DNA of 64,000 nucleotides from an uncultured Haloferula sp. (GTDB lineage: Bacteria > Verrucomicrobiota > Verrucomicrobiia > Verrucomicrobiales > Akkermansiaceae): assembly GCA_965652295.1 (NCBI GenBank), contig CBFGTS010000002.1, forward strand, positions 160,001-224,000, given 5' to 3'. The notes under the pieces are model-generated. The model was not told where the DNA came from. It did not search any database and was given only the letters and a program-made list of their open reading frames with translations. The first letter of the stretch is position 1. The number at the start of each line of letters is the position of its first letter. Below are positions 28,170 to 37,426 of this stretch, piece by piece. Both the position numbers and the translations under genes were made by a program.

Positions 28170-29462
28170 TCAACGATCCTCGACCCGCACCGCCACCGAG
28201 CGGCCGTGGGCGTCGAGACCCTCAACGCGGGCGAATTCCTCCACGTGCGGCAACGATCGCGCGACCGATTTGGCGTCGAGTTTCACGATGCTGGTGCGAC
28301 GCTGGAATTGGTCGGCACGAAGGCCCGAAAACGACCTTCCGCCGCCGCCGGTGGGAAGCGTGTGGCTGGGGCCGGCGAGGAAATCCCCGACCGCCACCGG
28401 CGAGAGGTTGCCGAGGTAGATGGCACCCGCGGTGCGGATCTCCTTCAAGCGCTTCCGTTCCTTGGCGACGATCAACGAAAGGTGCTCGGGCGCGAAATCA
28501 TTCGCGATCGCAATTCCCTCATTGAGGTTCTTCACCAGCAGCGCGAACGACGATTTGTCTAGTACTTCGCGGATGATCGCTCCGCGGGAAAGCGTGACGG
28601 CCTGTTTGTCGATCTCCTTCTCCACCTGCTTGAGCAGGGATTTCGAGTCGGTGAGAAAGCCGATCACGCTGTCGCCGCCGTGCTCGGCCTGCGCGAGCAG
28701 GTCGGCCGCGATGCACTTGGCGTCACCGGTCTTGTCGGCCAGCACCAGCACTTCGCTCGGGCCGGGCAGAAGGTCGATGGAAACCGCCCCGACGAGCTGG
28801 CGTTTCGCTTCGACCACAAACTTGTTTCCCGGGCCGAAAATCCGATCCACCGGTCGGATCGACGGGGTGCCGAGCGCCATCGCCGCAATCGCCTGGGCAC
28901 CGCCGAATTTGATTACCTCGGTCACCCCGGCGGCCTTGAGAGCATAAAGCAGCGCGTCGTTCACCTTGCCATCCGGCCCGCACGGAGTGGCGGCAAGCAC
29001 CTGAGGAACCTTGGCGGCTTTGGCGAAACCGGCGGTCATCAGCGCCGTGGAAACGAGCGGGGCCTTGCCGCCCGGAACGTACACGCCCACGCGATCGAAC
29101 GGCACGAAACGCTCACCGACCCGCGCGCCTTCGGCATTCCGATACGACCAATCCTTGCGCAGGCTGCGCTTGGCGAACTCGGTGATGTTTTTGAGGCTCG
29201 CCTTGATCGCTTTCTTGGTAGCCGGGCTGACAGCCTTGGTGGCAGCCGCAAACTCAGCTTGGGTGACCTTCCATTCGTTTTCGCCGAACTCCACCTGGTC
29301 GAAGCGCTTTGCGTAATCCACGAGCGCCGCGTCCCCACGCCGGGCCACATCGGAAATGATGCCGGAGACCAGCTCGCGGACGTCATCCGAGGGGATCGCC
29401 CGGCGATTGAGCGTGGCAACGAATTCAGGATAGCCGGGGTCGCGAAAAGTCAACGTTTTCAT
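28170..29462 (-). CDS. hisD: histidinol dehydrogenase
   Basis: VGVYVPGG, GGAQAIAA, GPGN.FV..AK, GPSEV, DLLAQAEH, APEHL, GD..AGPSH.LPT, EGL.AH. Confidence 0.97.
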   Translation of the reverse strand: MKTLTFRDPGYPEFVATLNRRAIPSDDVRELVSGIISDVARRGDAALVDYAKRFDQVEFGENEWKVTQAEFAAATKAVSPATKKAIKASLKNITEFAKRSLRKDWSYRNAEGARVGERFVPFDRVGVYVPGGKAPLVSTALMTAGFAKAAKVPQVLAATPCGPDGKVNDALLYALKAAGVTEVIKFGGAQAIAAMALGTPSIRPVDRIFGPGNKFVVEAKRQLVGAVSIDLLPGPSEVLVLADKTGDAKCIAADLLAQAEHGGDSVIGFLTDSKSLLKQVEKEIDKQAVTLSRGAIIREVLDKSSFALLVKNLNEGIAIANDFAPEHLSLIVAKERKRLKEIRTAGAIYLGNLSPVAVGDFLAGPSHTLPTGGGGRSFSGLRADQFQRRTSIVKLDAKSVARSLPHVEEFARVEGLDAHGRSVAVRVEDR

Positions 29463-29540
29463 AGCGCGGCGGCACTCTGGGGAGATCGGCGATGCCGGAC
29501 AAGTGAAGATGAGCCGCAGGAGCCGAAAGCAGCGGCAAGA

Positions 29541-30278
29541 TCAGGCCTCCAACCACTCGCGGAGCACCCGGACCATTTTGTCGGCGGCAGCGCGGCCGGT
29601 CTCTACCACATCACCATGATCGAGCTTCGCTCCGGGCATCCCGGCGGCGAAATTCGTGAGGCAGGAGAGCCCCACGACCTTGAGGCCCCGGCGCTTGGCT
29701 TCCATGGCCTCCAGTACCGTGCTCATGCCCACGGCATCAGCTCCCATGGCGCGCAGCATGCGGATCTCCGCAGGGGTTTCGTACTGCGGTCCTCGTAGTC
29801 CGGCATAGACCCCCGCCCCCATATGCCAGCCGTGCCCGGCGGCGACGGCACGGAGTTTTTCGCCGATGGCGGCGTCATAGATCGCGCTCATATCGACGAA
29901 ATTCGGCCCGCCCTCCAGCGGTGACGTGCCGGTGAGATTGAGGTGATCGGAAATCACCATCCAGCTTCCCGGCGGCTGATCCTCGCGCAGGCTGCCGGCG
30001 GCATTGGTCAGGACGATCGTGCCCACCCCCTTCTCCGTCATCCAGCGGACGCCAGCGGTCACCGTGCCGGCATCGTACCCTTCATAAAGATGAACCCGCC
30101 CCGCCATCGCGATGACCGGATGTCCGGAAAGCCGGCCCAAGAGAAATGCACCCTTATGCCCCGCCACACCCGTGGTCGGAAGACCTGCTTCGGCGAATGG
30201 CACGCGCTCGCCGATTTCCATCTTTTCGACGATCGAGCCCAGGCCCGAACCCAACACGACGCCGATGCAGCTTCCCAT
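29541..30278 (-). CDS. purine-nucleoside phosphorylase (trimeric type)
   Basis: VLGSGLG, GH.G, GR.HLYEG, TNAAG, DH.N, GP.YETPAE, GMSTV.E, TN.AAG. Confidence 0.94.
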   Translation of the reverse strand: MGSCIGVVLGSGLGSIVEKMEIGERVPFAEAGLPTTGVAGHKGAFLLGRLSGHPVIAMAGRVHLYEGYDAGTVTAGVRWMTEKGVGTIVLTNAAGSLREDQPPGSWMVISDHLNLTGTSPLEGGPNFVDMSAIYDAAIGEKLRAVAAGHGWHMGAGVYAGLRGPQYETPAEIRMLRAMGADAVGMSTVLEAMEAKRRGLKVVGLSCLTNFAAGMPGAKLDHGDVVETGRAAADKMVRVLREWLEA

Positions 30279-30318
30279 TGCTCACGCCTATCAGGCACCC
30301 CCGTGACCGGCAATGAAT

Positions 30319-31254
30319 TCAACCTTCCTCCTCGGGCCCGGCACCGGGCTTGAGCCAATAGAGCACCGACATCCGGACGGCGATGCCGTTCTCGACCTGC
30401 CGGTTGATCAGGCTACGGCTGTAATCCATGGCCTCGTCACAGAGCTCGACGCCGCGGTTCACGGGGCCGGGGTGCATCAGGTAGATCCCCTTGTCGTCGA
30501 GCTCGCGGAGACGTTCGGTGGTGATCCCGTAGACGCGGTGATACTCGCGCAGGCTGGGGAAAAACTGGGCGTCCTGGCGCTCCATCTGGACCCGCAGGAG
30601 ATAAACCGTGTCCGGCCCCCAGGCCATGGCTTCGGTGTAGTTGGTGAAACGCCGCACCCCCTCGGCCCCGTGCTTCGGCAGCAGTGACCCGGGGCCCAGA
30701 AAGGCCACCTCCACCCCGAGACGGCGGAAGATTGAAGTGGTCGAGCGCGCGACCCGGCTGTGCAGCACATCGCCGACGATAAGCACCTTTTTGCCCGCCG
30801 GATCCGGGAAGACCTCCTTCAGCGTGAAGGCATCCAGCAGTCCCTGCGTCGGGTGGGCATGGGCTCCGTCGCCGGCATTGATGACGCTGGCGTGGGTTTG
30901 GCGGGCGATCATTTCCGGCAGGCCGCTGCGTCCGTGGCGGACCACGATGTAGTCGGTGCGCATCGCCTGCAGGGTCTCGACGGTTTCGCGGACCGACTCG
31001 CCTTTGACCACCGAGGAATGCGCCACGTCGAAGCTCGTGACATCCGCCGACAAGCGCTTGGCAGCGACCTCGAAGGAAGAGTGGGTGCGGGTCGAGGGCT
31101 CGTAGAAGAGCATCAGGACCGACTTGCCCTTGAGCGCCGGGACCTTTTTGACCGAGCGGGTGAAAAGCTCCTTGAAGGGCACCGCCTGGTCGAGGATGCG
31201 GTCGATTTCCTCGCGATCGAGGCGGGCCAGTTCGAGCAAGTCCTTACGAGCCAT
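30319..31254 (-). CDS. pyrB: aspartate carbamoyltransferase catalytic subunit
   Basis: FYEPSTRT, KGES, NAGDG.HAHPTQ.LLD, GD..HSRVARS, R.Q.ER, HPGP.NRG.E. Confidence 0.97.
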   Translation of the reverse strand: MARKDLLELARLDREEIDRILDQAVPFKELFTRSVKKVPALKGKSVLMLFYEPSTRTHSSFEVAAKRLSADVTSFDVAHSSVVKGESVRETVETLQAMRTDYIVVRHGRSGLPEMIARQTHASVINAGDGAHAHPTQGLLDAFTLKEVFPDPAGKKVLIVGDVLHSRVARSTTSIFRRLGVEVAFLGPGSLLPKHGAEGVRRFTNYTEAMAWGPDTVYLLRVQMERQDAQFFPSLREYHRVYGITTERLRELDDKGIYLMHPGPVNRGVELCDEAMDYSRSLINRQVENGIAVRMSVLYWLKPGAGPEEEG

Positions 31255-31927
31255 GCAGATTGGGGAAGAAGTGAAGGATTCCGAAGGTCAGTAGCAAGAT
31301 GGAAAGAATCACCAGAAAGCCGGCATGGTGGGCGGAGCGTTTCCGCCGCCAAGCGAGCCAGCCGGCACCGAGGAGCATGATCACCGCGCCAGCGGCGAGG
31401 GCACCGAAAAACACGACATGAGCGTCGGGGCGGGCCGCCATCCGGGAAAGCAAGCCGGAGGTCGAGCCGCCGGAGCTCTCACCGTAGAGCCCGAAGGCGA
31501 GTCCCGCGAATCCAGCGAGGTAAAGCAGGGCGAGCGTCCACCAGCGCGCCGTCAGATGGGCCAGATGCTCGGCAGGGATCTGGGCGTTGCCCGCGCCGGT
31601 GATGGCCATGCGCTTGAGTTCGTCGGAGGTGTGGCGGCGCGACGGGAGCGGGCTGTTGGGATCGGGCGGCTTCGGAGGTGCGACCGGGCCGCGCTCGGAA
31701 CGTTTCAATGACTTCACCACCGGCAGCTTGCGCTCGACCGGCTCCGGCTCGGCGGGCGGTGGCTCCGGTGCAGGCGGAGGCTCCGCCGCCTTCTTGGGTT
31801 TCACCGGAACCGGCGGCGACTCGTGGGCGAGATCCGGCGGTGGCGGGGCATCGTCCGGAATACCGAGCGCCGCCCGGAGCTCAGCGAGCTCTTCGGCGGA
31901 TTTACGGCGTTCCGGAAGCGGGCTCAT
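31244..31927 (-). CDS. hypothetical membrane protein (Pro-rich N-terminus, ~3 TM helices)
   Basis: ATG 31927 overlaps the pyrR stop; the stop overlaps the pyrB start; C-terminal RS.HHAGF motif. Confidence 0.7.
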   Translation of the reverse strand: MSPLPERRKSAEELAELRAALGIPDDAPPPPDLAHESPPVPVKPKKAAEPPPAPEPPPAEPEPVERKLPVVKSLKRSERGPVAPPKPPDPNSPLPSRRHTSDELKRMAITGAGNAQIPAEHLAHLTARWWTLALLYLAGFAGLAFGLYGESSGGSTSGLLSRMAARPDAHVVFFGALAAGAVIMLLGAGWLAWRRKRSAHHAGFLVILSILLLTFGILHFFPNLHGS

Positions 31928-32445
31928 GCGTTCTTCACTTCGACGTTTTCTTTCCCGTCGGTGCCCTCCAGCGAAACGTAGACGTGGTCGCGGCGATCGG
32001 TCTTGAGGTCGATTCCGACATAGTCCGGTTGGATCGGCATCTCGCGATGGCCGCGATCGATCAACACCGCCAGCTCGATCTTCGCCGGGCGCCCGTAGTC
32101 GCACAGTGCATCGAGCGCCGCGCGGATGGTGCGGCCGGTGAAAAGCACGTCATCGACGAGGATGATGTGCGTGCCCTCGATTTCGAAATCGATCTCGCTG
32201 CCCTGGAGCTGCGGGTTTTGGTGTAGGTGCTCGTAGTCATCGCGGTAAAGCGAGATATCGAGCGTGCCATAGAGCAATTCGCGGTCGTCTTCGGCAAGCA
32301 CCCGACACACCCTTTCGGCAACCTCGTCGCCCCGGCTGCGGATGCCCACCAGGGCGATCGGCTGATCTCCCACCCGCTCGCGGATGGCCTTGGCGAGAGC
32401 TTGCACTCCCTCCTCGATGGCTTCGGCGTCCAGGGTTCGGCTCAT
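31924..32445 (-). CDS. pyrR: bifunctional pyr regulator / uracil phosphoribosyltransferase PyrR
   Basis: GI..RG, LDISLYRDD, LVDDVLFTGRTIRAALDA...GRP, DRGHRE.PI.PDYVG. Confidence 0.95.
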   Translation of the reverse strand: MSRTLDAEAIEEGVQALAKAIRERVGDQPIALVGIRSRGDEVAERVCRVLAEDDRELLYGTLDISLYRDDYEHLHQNPQLQGSEIDFEIEGTHIILVDDVLFTGRTIRAALDALCDYGRPAKIELAVLIDRGHREMPIQPDYVGIDLKTDRRDHVYVSLEGTDGKENVEVKNA

Positions 32446-33707
32446 GCGGTTGCGCTTTCCTTTTCGAAATGGAGAATTCCGATGTCGCGGCGTCGCTGCA
32501 AGCCATCGAAGTGAATTTTATCGGCCTCGGCATGCGCTGCTTCCACCGCCGACTCGCGGTCCGGCCCACCGGCTACCGCGGCCAGGACGCGGCCGCCGTT
32601 CGTTTCCCAATGCCCCTCGGCATTGAAGCGGGTCCCGGCGTGATCGACGCGCAAGGCATCCTCGATTCCCCGGATCACGTCGCCGGAGCGCGAGCTTTCC
32701 GGATAGCCGGCGGATGCGAGGACGACGCAGACACTCCAGCCTTCGTCGAAGCGCAGCAGCGCAGGTTCGAATTCCCCCTTCGCCCCTGCGAGACAGAAGT
32801 CTGCGAGGTCGCCGCCGACCAGCGGCATCACCGCCTGGCATTCGGGGTCACCGAAACGGCAGTTGTATTCGATGACCTTCGGGCCGTCGGGTGTGAGCAT
32901 CAGGCCGAAATAAAGGAAACCCCGGTATGGGAGGCCGTCGCGGTTCAGCCCGGCGACGGTGGGCGCGACGATTTCCTTCTCGATCCGCTCCATCATCTCC
33001 GGTTCCACGAGTTTTCGCGAAGCGACCGCCCCCATGCCGCCGGTGTTCGGGCCGAGGTCGCCCTCGCCGAGGCGTTTGTAGTCGCGGGCTGGGGTGAAGA
33101 CGAGGTAGCGGTCGTCGACGATTGCGGCGAAAACCGAAACCTCGGGGCCGGTCAGACACTCCTCCACCAACAGCGCCCCCGCCCCGAAACGGCGGCGGAC
33201 CAACACTTCGTCGAGAAACTCCTCAGCCATGGCCTCGTCGGTGCAGACCGCGACGCCTTTTCCCGCGGCCAGTCCGTCGAACTTCAGGACAACCGGGTAG
33301 GCGCCATCGATCGCCGCGCGCGCTTCGTCCGCCGTTTCGACCAGCTTCGCCTTGCCGGTCGGAATGGCGTGGCGTTCGAGAAACTCCTTGGCGAAAGCCT
33401 TCGAGGCCTCGAGTTGGGCGGATTCCTTCGGCGGCCCCCAGCAAGGGATGCCGGCCTTGTTGCAAAGGTTGGCGAGGCCCTCGCCGGTGACGAGATAGCT
33501 TTCCTCGCCAGCGACGCAGAGATCGATGGACTCGCGCTTCATCCACTCGATGAGCGACTCAAGCCCGTCGGCCTCGACCGGCTTGGCCATCTTGAAAATG
33601 GCGTCGCTTCCTGGAAAACAGAACACCTCCGGCGCCCCCGGGCTTTCCCTGAGAGCCCTCACCAACGCGTGCTCGCGTCCACCCTTCCCTACCACGAGAA
33701 TCTTCAT
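32442..33707 (-). CDS. purD: phosphoribosylamine-glycine ligase
   Basis: MKILVVG.GGREHAL, LE.SK.FAK, K.DGLAAGKGV, GPNTGGMGA, EYNCRFGDPE, T.GGRVL. Confidence 0.97.
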   Translation of the reverse strand: MKILVVGKGGREHALVRALRESPGAPEVFCFPGSDAIFKMAKPVEADGLESLIEWMKRESIDLCVAGEESYLVTGEGLANLCNKAGIPCWGPPKESAQLEASKAFAKEFLERHAIPTGKAKLVETADEARAAIDGAYPVVLKFDGLAAGKGVAVCTDEAMAEEFLDEVLVRRRFGAGALLVEECLTGPEVSVFAAIVDDRYLVFTPARDYKRLGEGDLGPNTGGMGAVASRKLVEPEMMERIEKEIVAPTVAGLNRDGLPYRGFLYFGLMLTPDGPKVIEYNCRFGDPECQAVMPLVGGDLADFCLAGAKGEFEPALLRFDEGWSVCVVLASAGYPESSRSGDVIRGIEDALRVDHAGTRFNAEGHWETNGGRVLAAVAGGPDRESAVEAAHAEADKIHFDGLQRRRDIGILHFEKESATA

Positions 33708-33785
33708 TGCCGGGCCGTTGTCGGGCATCCCCCCCGCGCCATCAACTCCGAAAAGGATCGAAGGATGAGGTGGAGTGTTCGGACC

Positions 33786-35024
33786 TCAGGACGCGCGTTT
33801 CCGCAGATCGAGATTCGGAAGACGGAATCCAGAACGCCCCAAGGTCGGCTGCAGGAGTTGGATCGGCTTGGGTTTCCCGAACTCAAGCCGCAACCGCCAT
33901 GCCCAGAAAACCATCGTGATGGTCCAGAAGGCGGCGGCGTAGATGTAGTGGGAAACCCGGATTTTCGGCACGAACTCGGGGGTGATCCGCGTGGCCGCGA
34001 CCAACAACAACAAAACCCAGACGGCGTGAAACCACCGGAGCGGCGATTGCAACCGATCGTGACGACCGCCGTGTCCGAGGGTCACGCGGGTCGCGACGCC
34101 GATCATGATGAGGCCGGTCGCGCCGATGAACATCCCGTGTAGCAGCCCGATCCGCAGCGGTGTGAACCAACCCGCCGCCACCCATCCGGCCAGAGCGCAG
34201 GGAACAACCCAACGCAGGCCGCGACCGACCGCATTGACACCGCCCCACCCAATCCAGCCAGGAACGGAAAAGGCGATCGACGCACCAACCACGGCCGCCC
34301 GCAGCCACATCCCGGGCCGCAACAGGCCCCGCGCCTCGATTTCGAAACTGTAAACGATCAGCAGCCCGGCGAAGAGTGAGATCATGAACGGCCGCCACCA
34401 GCGTTTCGGAATGGCTTGGCTCTCATCGAACGAATGCGGTGAGGATCTTCCAAAAAACCTCGGCAGCAGGTACGGTGCGACGCCGAGAATCGGCAGCCAG
34501 AGGAAGCCTTGGAAGAGCATCAGCCTCCAGAAGGCGAACCAGAACGGCGACAACCGCACCACGGAATGGATGGCCAACGCGAACGAGGCGATGCAGGCAC
34601 CGACGATTCCAAGCAAGGCCACCGGAAACCCCGGGGGCGGGACGTCCTTGCGGCCAATCAGCATTCGCGCGATCAGGCTGCACAGCACGCCGGCGAGCCA
34701 GAAGCCGGTGATTGTGTCGGCCGCCGGAATTTGGCCCAGCATCAGCAGCGTGATGGCCACCAGGACCAGCGTGGTGTGCGTGATGACTTCGAACCGTGTC
34801 CAGGGAAAGGATCCCACGACCCGAGGTCCGGCGGTGCCCAGGAAACCGACCACGAAACAGCCACCGAAGCCCATAACCATCAACCGCGCGTGCGCTTCCA
34901 GCGGCCAGGTGCTGATGACGCCTCCGTAGAACAGCGGCCACAGTGCCACGCCGAGGATCGACGCCAAAATCCCGAGCGGGAAGAAAACGCGGTAGGGTTC
35001 GGAGGCGAGGCGGTCGAGATTCAT
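33786..35024 (-). CDS. nnrS: NnrS family membrane protein
   Basis: PYRVFFPLG, HA..M..GF....GFL.TA.P, H...IG......GVATRV.LGH.G; many TM segments. Confidence 0.8.
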   Translation of the reverse strand: MNLDRLASEPYRVFFPLGILASILGVALWPLFYGGVISTWPLEAHARLMVMGFGGCFVVGFLGTAGPRVVGSFPWTRFEVITHTTLVLVAITLLMLGQIPAADTITGFWLAGVLCSLIARMLIGRKDVPPPGFPVALLGIVGACIASFALAIHSVVRLSPFWFAFWRLMLFQGFLWLPILGVAPYLLPRFFGRSSPHSFDESQAIPKRWWRPFMISLFAGLLIVYSFEIEARGLLRPGMWLRAAVVGASIAFSVPGWIGWGGVNAVGRGLRWVVPCALAGWVAAGWFTPLRIGLLHGMFIGATGLIMIGVATRVTLGHGGRHDRLQSPLRWFHAVWVLLLLVAATRITPEFVPKIRVSHYIYAAAFWTITMVFWAWRLRLEFGKPKPIQLLQPTLGRSGFRLPNLDLRKRAS

Positions 35025-35032
35025 GGGCGGGT

Positions 35033-35121
35033 TTGGAACGCGAGCTTCAGCTCGCCCGAGCAATTCTTGAGAACGCGGCCCCATCTGAAGAGGAAGAGGC
35101 GAGCTGAAGCTCGCGTTCCAA
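35033..35121. repeat. REP doublet (REPIN-like): perfect 24-bp inverted repeat with 41-bp spacer
   Basis: TTGGAACGCGAGCTTCAGCTCGCC (35033-35056) and its exact reverse complement (35098-35121); each arm holds an internal hairpin GCGAGCT-TC-AGCTCGC preceded by GGAA. Confidence 0.8.
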
Positions 35122-35144
35122 TACGTGAGGCCGGGCCGCATGGG

Positions 35145-36362
35145 TCAGACGGTCGCTTCGAGTTCCGGCGCAATTTCCTCGTCGCTCAGGTAGCACGCTG
35201 GATCACTGCCAAAGTAGTCGTCGTTGGCAAAGGCCGCACGGGTGCGGAATCCGCCGCCGCAAAGGTCGAACCAGCGGCAGCCCCCGCAGCGTCCGTGCAT
35301 GCGGACTTTCCGCTCCGCAGGGCCGAGTGCACCGAGGGAACGGATCTCCTCCAGCACGGCCGCCGAGGGTTCGTGGCGGGCATCCCAGATCTGGGAAAAC
35401 GGCACCTTCTTGACATTGCCCAACTGCACCTCCTGCCAAAACTGGTCGGGGTGGACGTTGCCCTGGGTGTCGATGTTGGCGATTCCCCGGCCGGAGCTGT
35501 TCGCACCACCCCCATTCCACCCCAGGAGCCTCTCGGCCTGTGAGAGGTTGGGATGATTTTCGCGCTTCATGCGAACAAGGAGATATGCACCATCGGCCGG
35601 TTGTGTGACGGTGAGCACCTCACGGTTCTGACCCCGGAGATTCCAGTCCTCGACCTTGGCGATGAGCGTGTCGATGGCCCTGCGGGACTCGATCGCATCA
35701 AGGAGCTGCATTTTCCCGCCGCGACCGGCCGGAACCAAATGGTAAAAGCAAACCCGCTGGATCTCCTCCTGCTCGATGAAGTCGAGGATGGCCTCGATGT
35801 TCTGGACGTTGTGGCGGGTCAGAGTGAGGCGCAGGCCGGTCTTCTGACCGACCTCATGACAATTGCGGAACCCCCGGACGGCGGCCTTGAAAGCCCCTTC
35901 CTTGCCGCGGAACTGATCGTGGACCTCACCGATGCCATCAAGCGAGATGCCGACGTAGGCGACGTTCGCGGCCTTCAGCGCGGTGGCCTTTTCCGGGGTG
36001 ATCAGGGTGCCGTTGGTGGAAATCGTGAGCTTCAGCCCGGAGTCGGACGCGAGGTTGACGAGGTCGAGAAAACGCGGGTGGATCGTCGGCTCGCCGCCGG
36101 AGAGCAGCAGCGACGGGATCTGATAGGCGGCGAGGTCGGCGACGACGGCTTTCATCTGCTCCCAATCCAGCTCACCCGGATACTGGGTGGCCATGGAGTC
36201 GGAGTAGCAATGAATGCAGCGCAGGTTGCAGGTGCGGGTGATGTTCCAGACCACGATCGGCTTGCGCTCGCGTGCCGCGCCGGGAGCTTGGTGGCCGTGA
36301 CCGTAGCGGAGGTTGTCGGCAGGCTGCTCCTGTCCGGTCCAGAGTCGGGTGAGGTTGATCAT
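35145..36362 (-). CDS. radical SAM/SPASM protein, AhbC/NirJ1-like
   Basis: N-terminus ..LRYG..KPIVVWN.TR.CNL.C.HCY, SGGEP, YVGISLDG, R.CFYHLV..GRG, GGA.SSG.GIANID..G.VHPDQFW, CxxCxxxxxCGGGFR.RA...DPACY. Confidence 0.8.
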   Translation of the reverse strand: MINLTRLWTGQEQPADNLRYGHGHQAPGAARERKPIVVWNITRTCNLRCIHCYSDSMATQYPGELDWEQMKAVVADLAAYQIPSLLLSGGEPTIHPRFLDLVNLASDSGLKLTISTNGTLITPEKATALKAANVAYVGISLDGIGEVHDQFRGKEGAFKAAVRGFRNCHEVGQKTGLRLTLTRHNVQNIEAILDFIEQEEIQRVCFYHLVPAGRGGKMQLLDAIESRRAIDTLIAKVEDWNLRGQNREVLTVTQPADGAYLLVRMKRENHPNLSQAERLLGWNGGGANSSGRGIANIDTQGNVHPDQFWQEVQLGNVKKVPFSQIWDARHEPSAAVLEEIRSLGALGPAERKVRMHGRCGGCRWFDLCGGGFRTRAAFANDDYFGSDPACYLSDEEIAPELEATV

Positions 36363-37426
36363 GGTTGGGCGGTAGGTTGGTAGATACAGGAAGGATCCTC
36401 GGCGAAGGCATCGCCATAGACGCCATAGGCGCGGGCGCGGGAGCCGCCACAAATCCGACGGAATTCGCAGCGCCCGCATTTGCCCCCGAGCGCGTCGTTG
36501 TCGCGAAGACTGACAAAGAGCGGATGCTGGCGGTAGATTTCGGCCGGATGGCGGTCGCGCACGTTGCCGCAGACCATCGGTAGGAAGCCGCTCGGGCTCA
36601 CCTCGCCGGTGTGGGAAATGAACATCACCCCGCGACCATCGCGGATCCCAAGGGGCGAACGCATGCCCTGACGACCCTTCGTGCCTCCCTTTCCACGCTG
36701 CGCCAACACTCGGCGGAAGTGATGCCCTTCGGTCGTTTTGATGGCGAAGGGCGCGGTGCCGACGAGATCGGCCATCTGCTCGAAAATCCGCTCGATGTCC
36801 TCAGGCGAGGCCATTTCCTTCACCCCGGCGCGGCCGGTCGGGACCAGCAGGAAGACGCTCCACATCGCCGGCTTCAGCTCGAACATCAGGTCGCGGAAGG
36901 CGTCGAACTCGCGCAGGTTCGAGCCGGTCAGCGTGGTGTTGATCTGGACCGAGAGCCCGGCTTCGTGAGCCCGAGCGACGGCTTGGATGGTTCGATCGAA
37001 GGTGCCGGCAATGCCGCGGAAGGCGTCGTGCGTTTCCGCCGTGGCTCCATCGAGACTCAGCGAGATCCGTTCGATCCCCGCCTCGCGGATTTTATGGAAA
37101 TCGCTGTTCAGCAGCCGCGGCGTGCCGGACGGGCTGAGGCCGACCCGCAGGCCGAGATCGGAGCCGAGGCGGGCGAGTTCCAGAACGTCGCGGCGCATCA
37201 GCGGGTCGCCGCCGGTCAGGATCAGCATCGGCGGGCGCAGTTCGGCAAGTTGCCGCATCAGCCGCCATGCCTCGTCACGATCGAGTTCGTCCGGATGCCG
37301 CTGGGGCTGGGCCTCGGCGCGGCAGTGCCGGCAGGCCAGGGCGCAGGCCCGCGTCACTTCCCAAAACACCAGAAACGGACGTTCGGCGAAGGGATCGACA
37401 GAGGCGGCGGGGCTGAAAGCAACCAT
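36359..37426 (-). CDS. radical SAM/SPASM protein, AhbD-like (TIGR04053-type)
   Basis: PFLVFWEVTRACALACRHCRAEA, TGGDPL, WSVF.LVPTGR, IKTTE..H.RRV, FISH.G.V.PSGFLP, GKC..C.....CGGSR.RAY...D....DP.C. Confidence 0.8.
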   Translation of the reverse strand: MVAFSPAASVDPFAERPFLVFWEVTRACALACRHCRAEAQPQRHPDELDRDEAWRLMRQLAELRPPMLILTGGDPLMRRDVLELARLGSDLGLRVGLSPSGTPRLLNSDFHKIREAGIERISLSLDGATAETHDAFRGIAGTFDRTIQAVARAHEAGLSVQINTTLTGSNLREFDAFRDLMFELKPAMWSVFLLVPTGRAGVKEMASPEDIERIFEQMADLVGTAPFAIKTTEGHHFRRVLAQRGKGGTKGRQGMRSPLGIRDGRGVMFISHTGEVSPSGFLPMVCGNVRDRHPAEIYRQHPLFVSLRDNDALGGKCGRCEFRRICGGSRARAYGVYGDAFAEDPSCIYQPTAQP

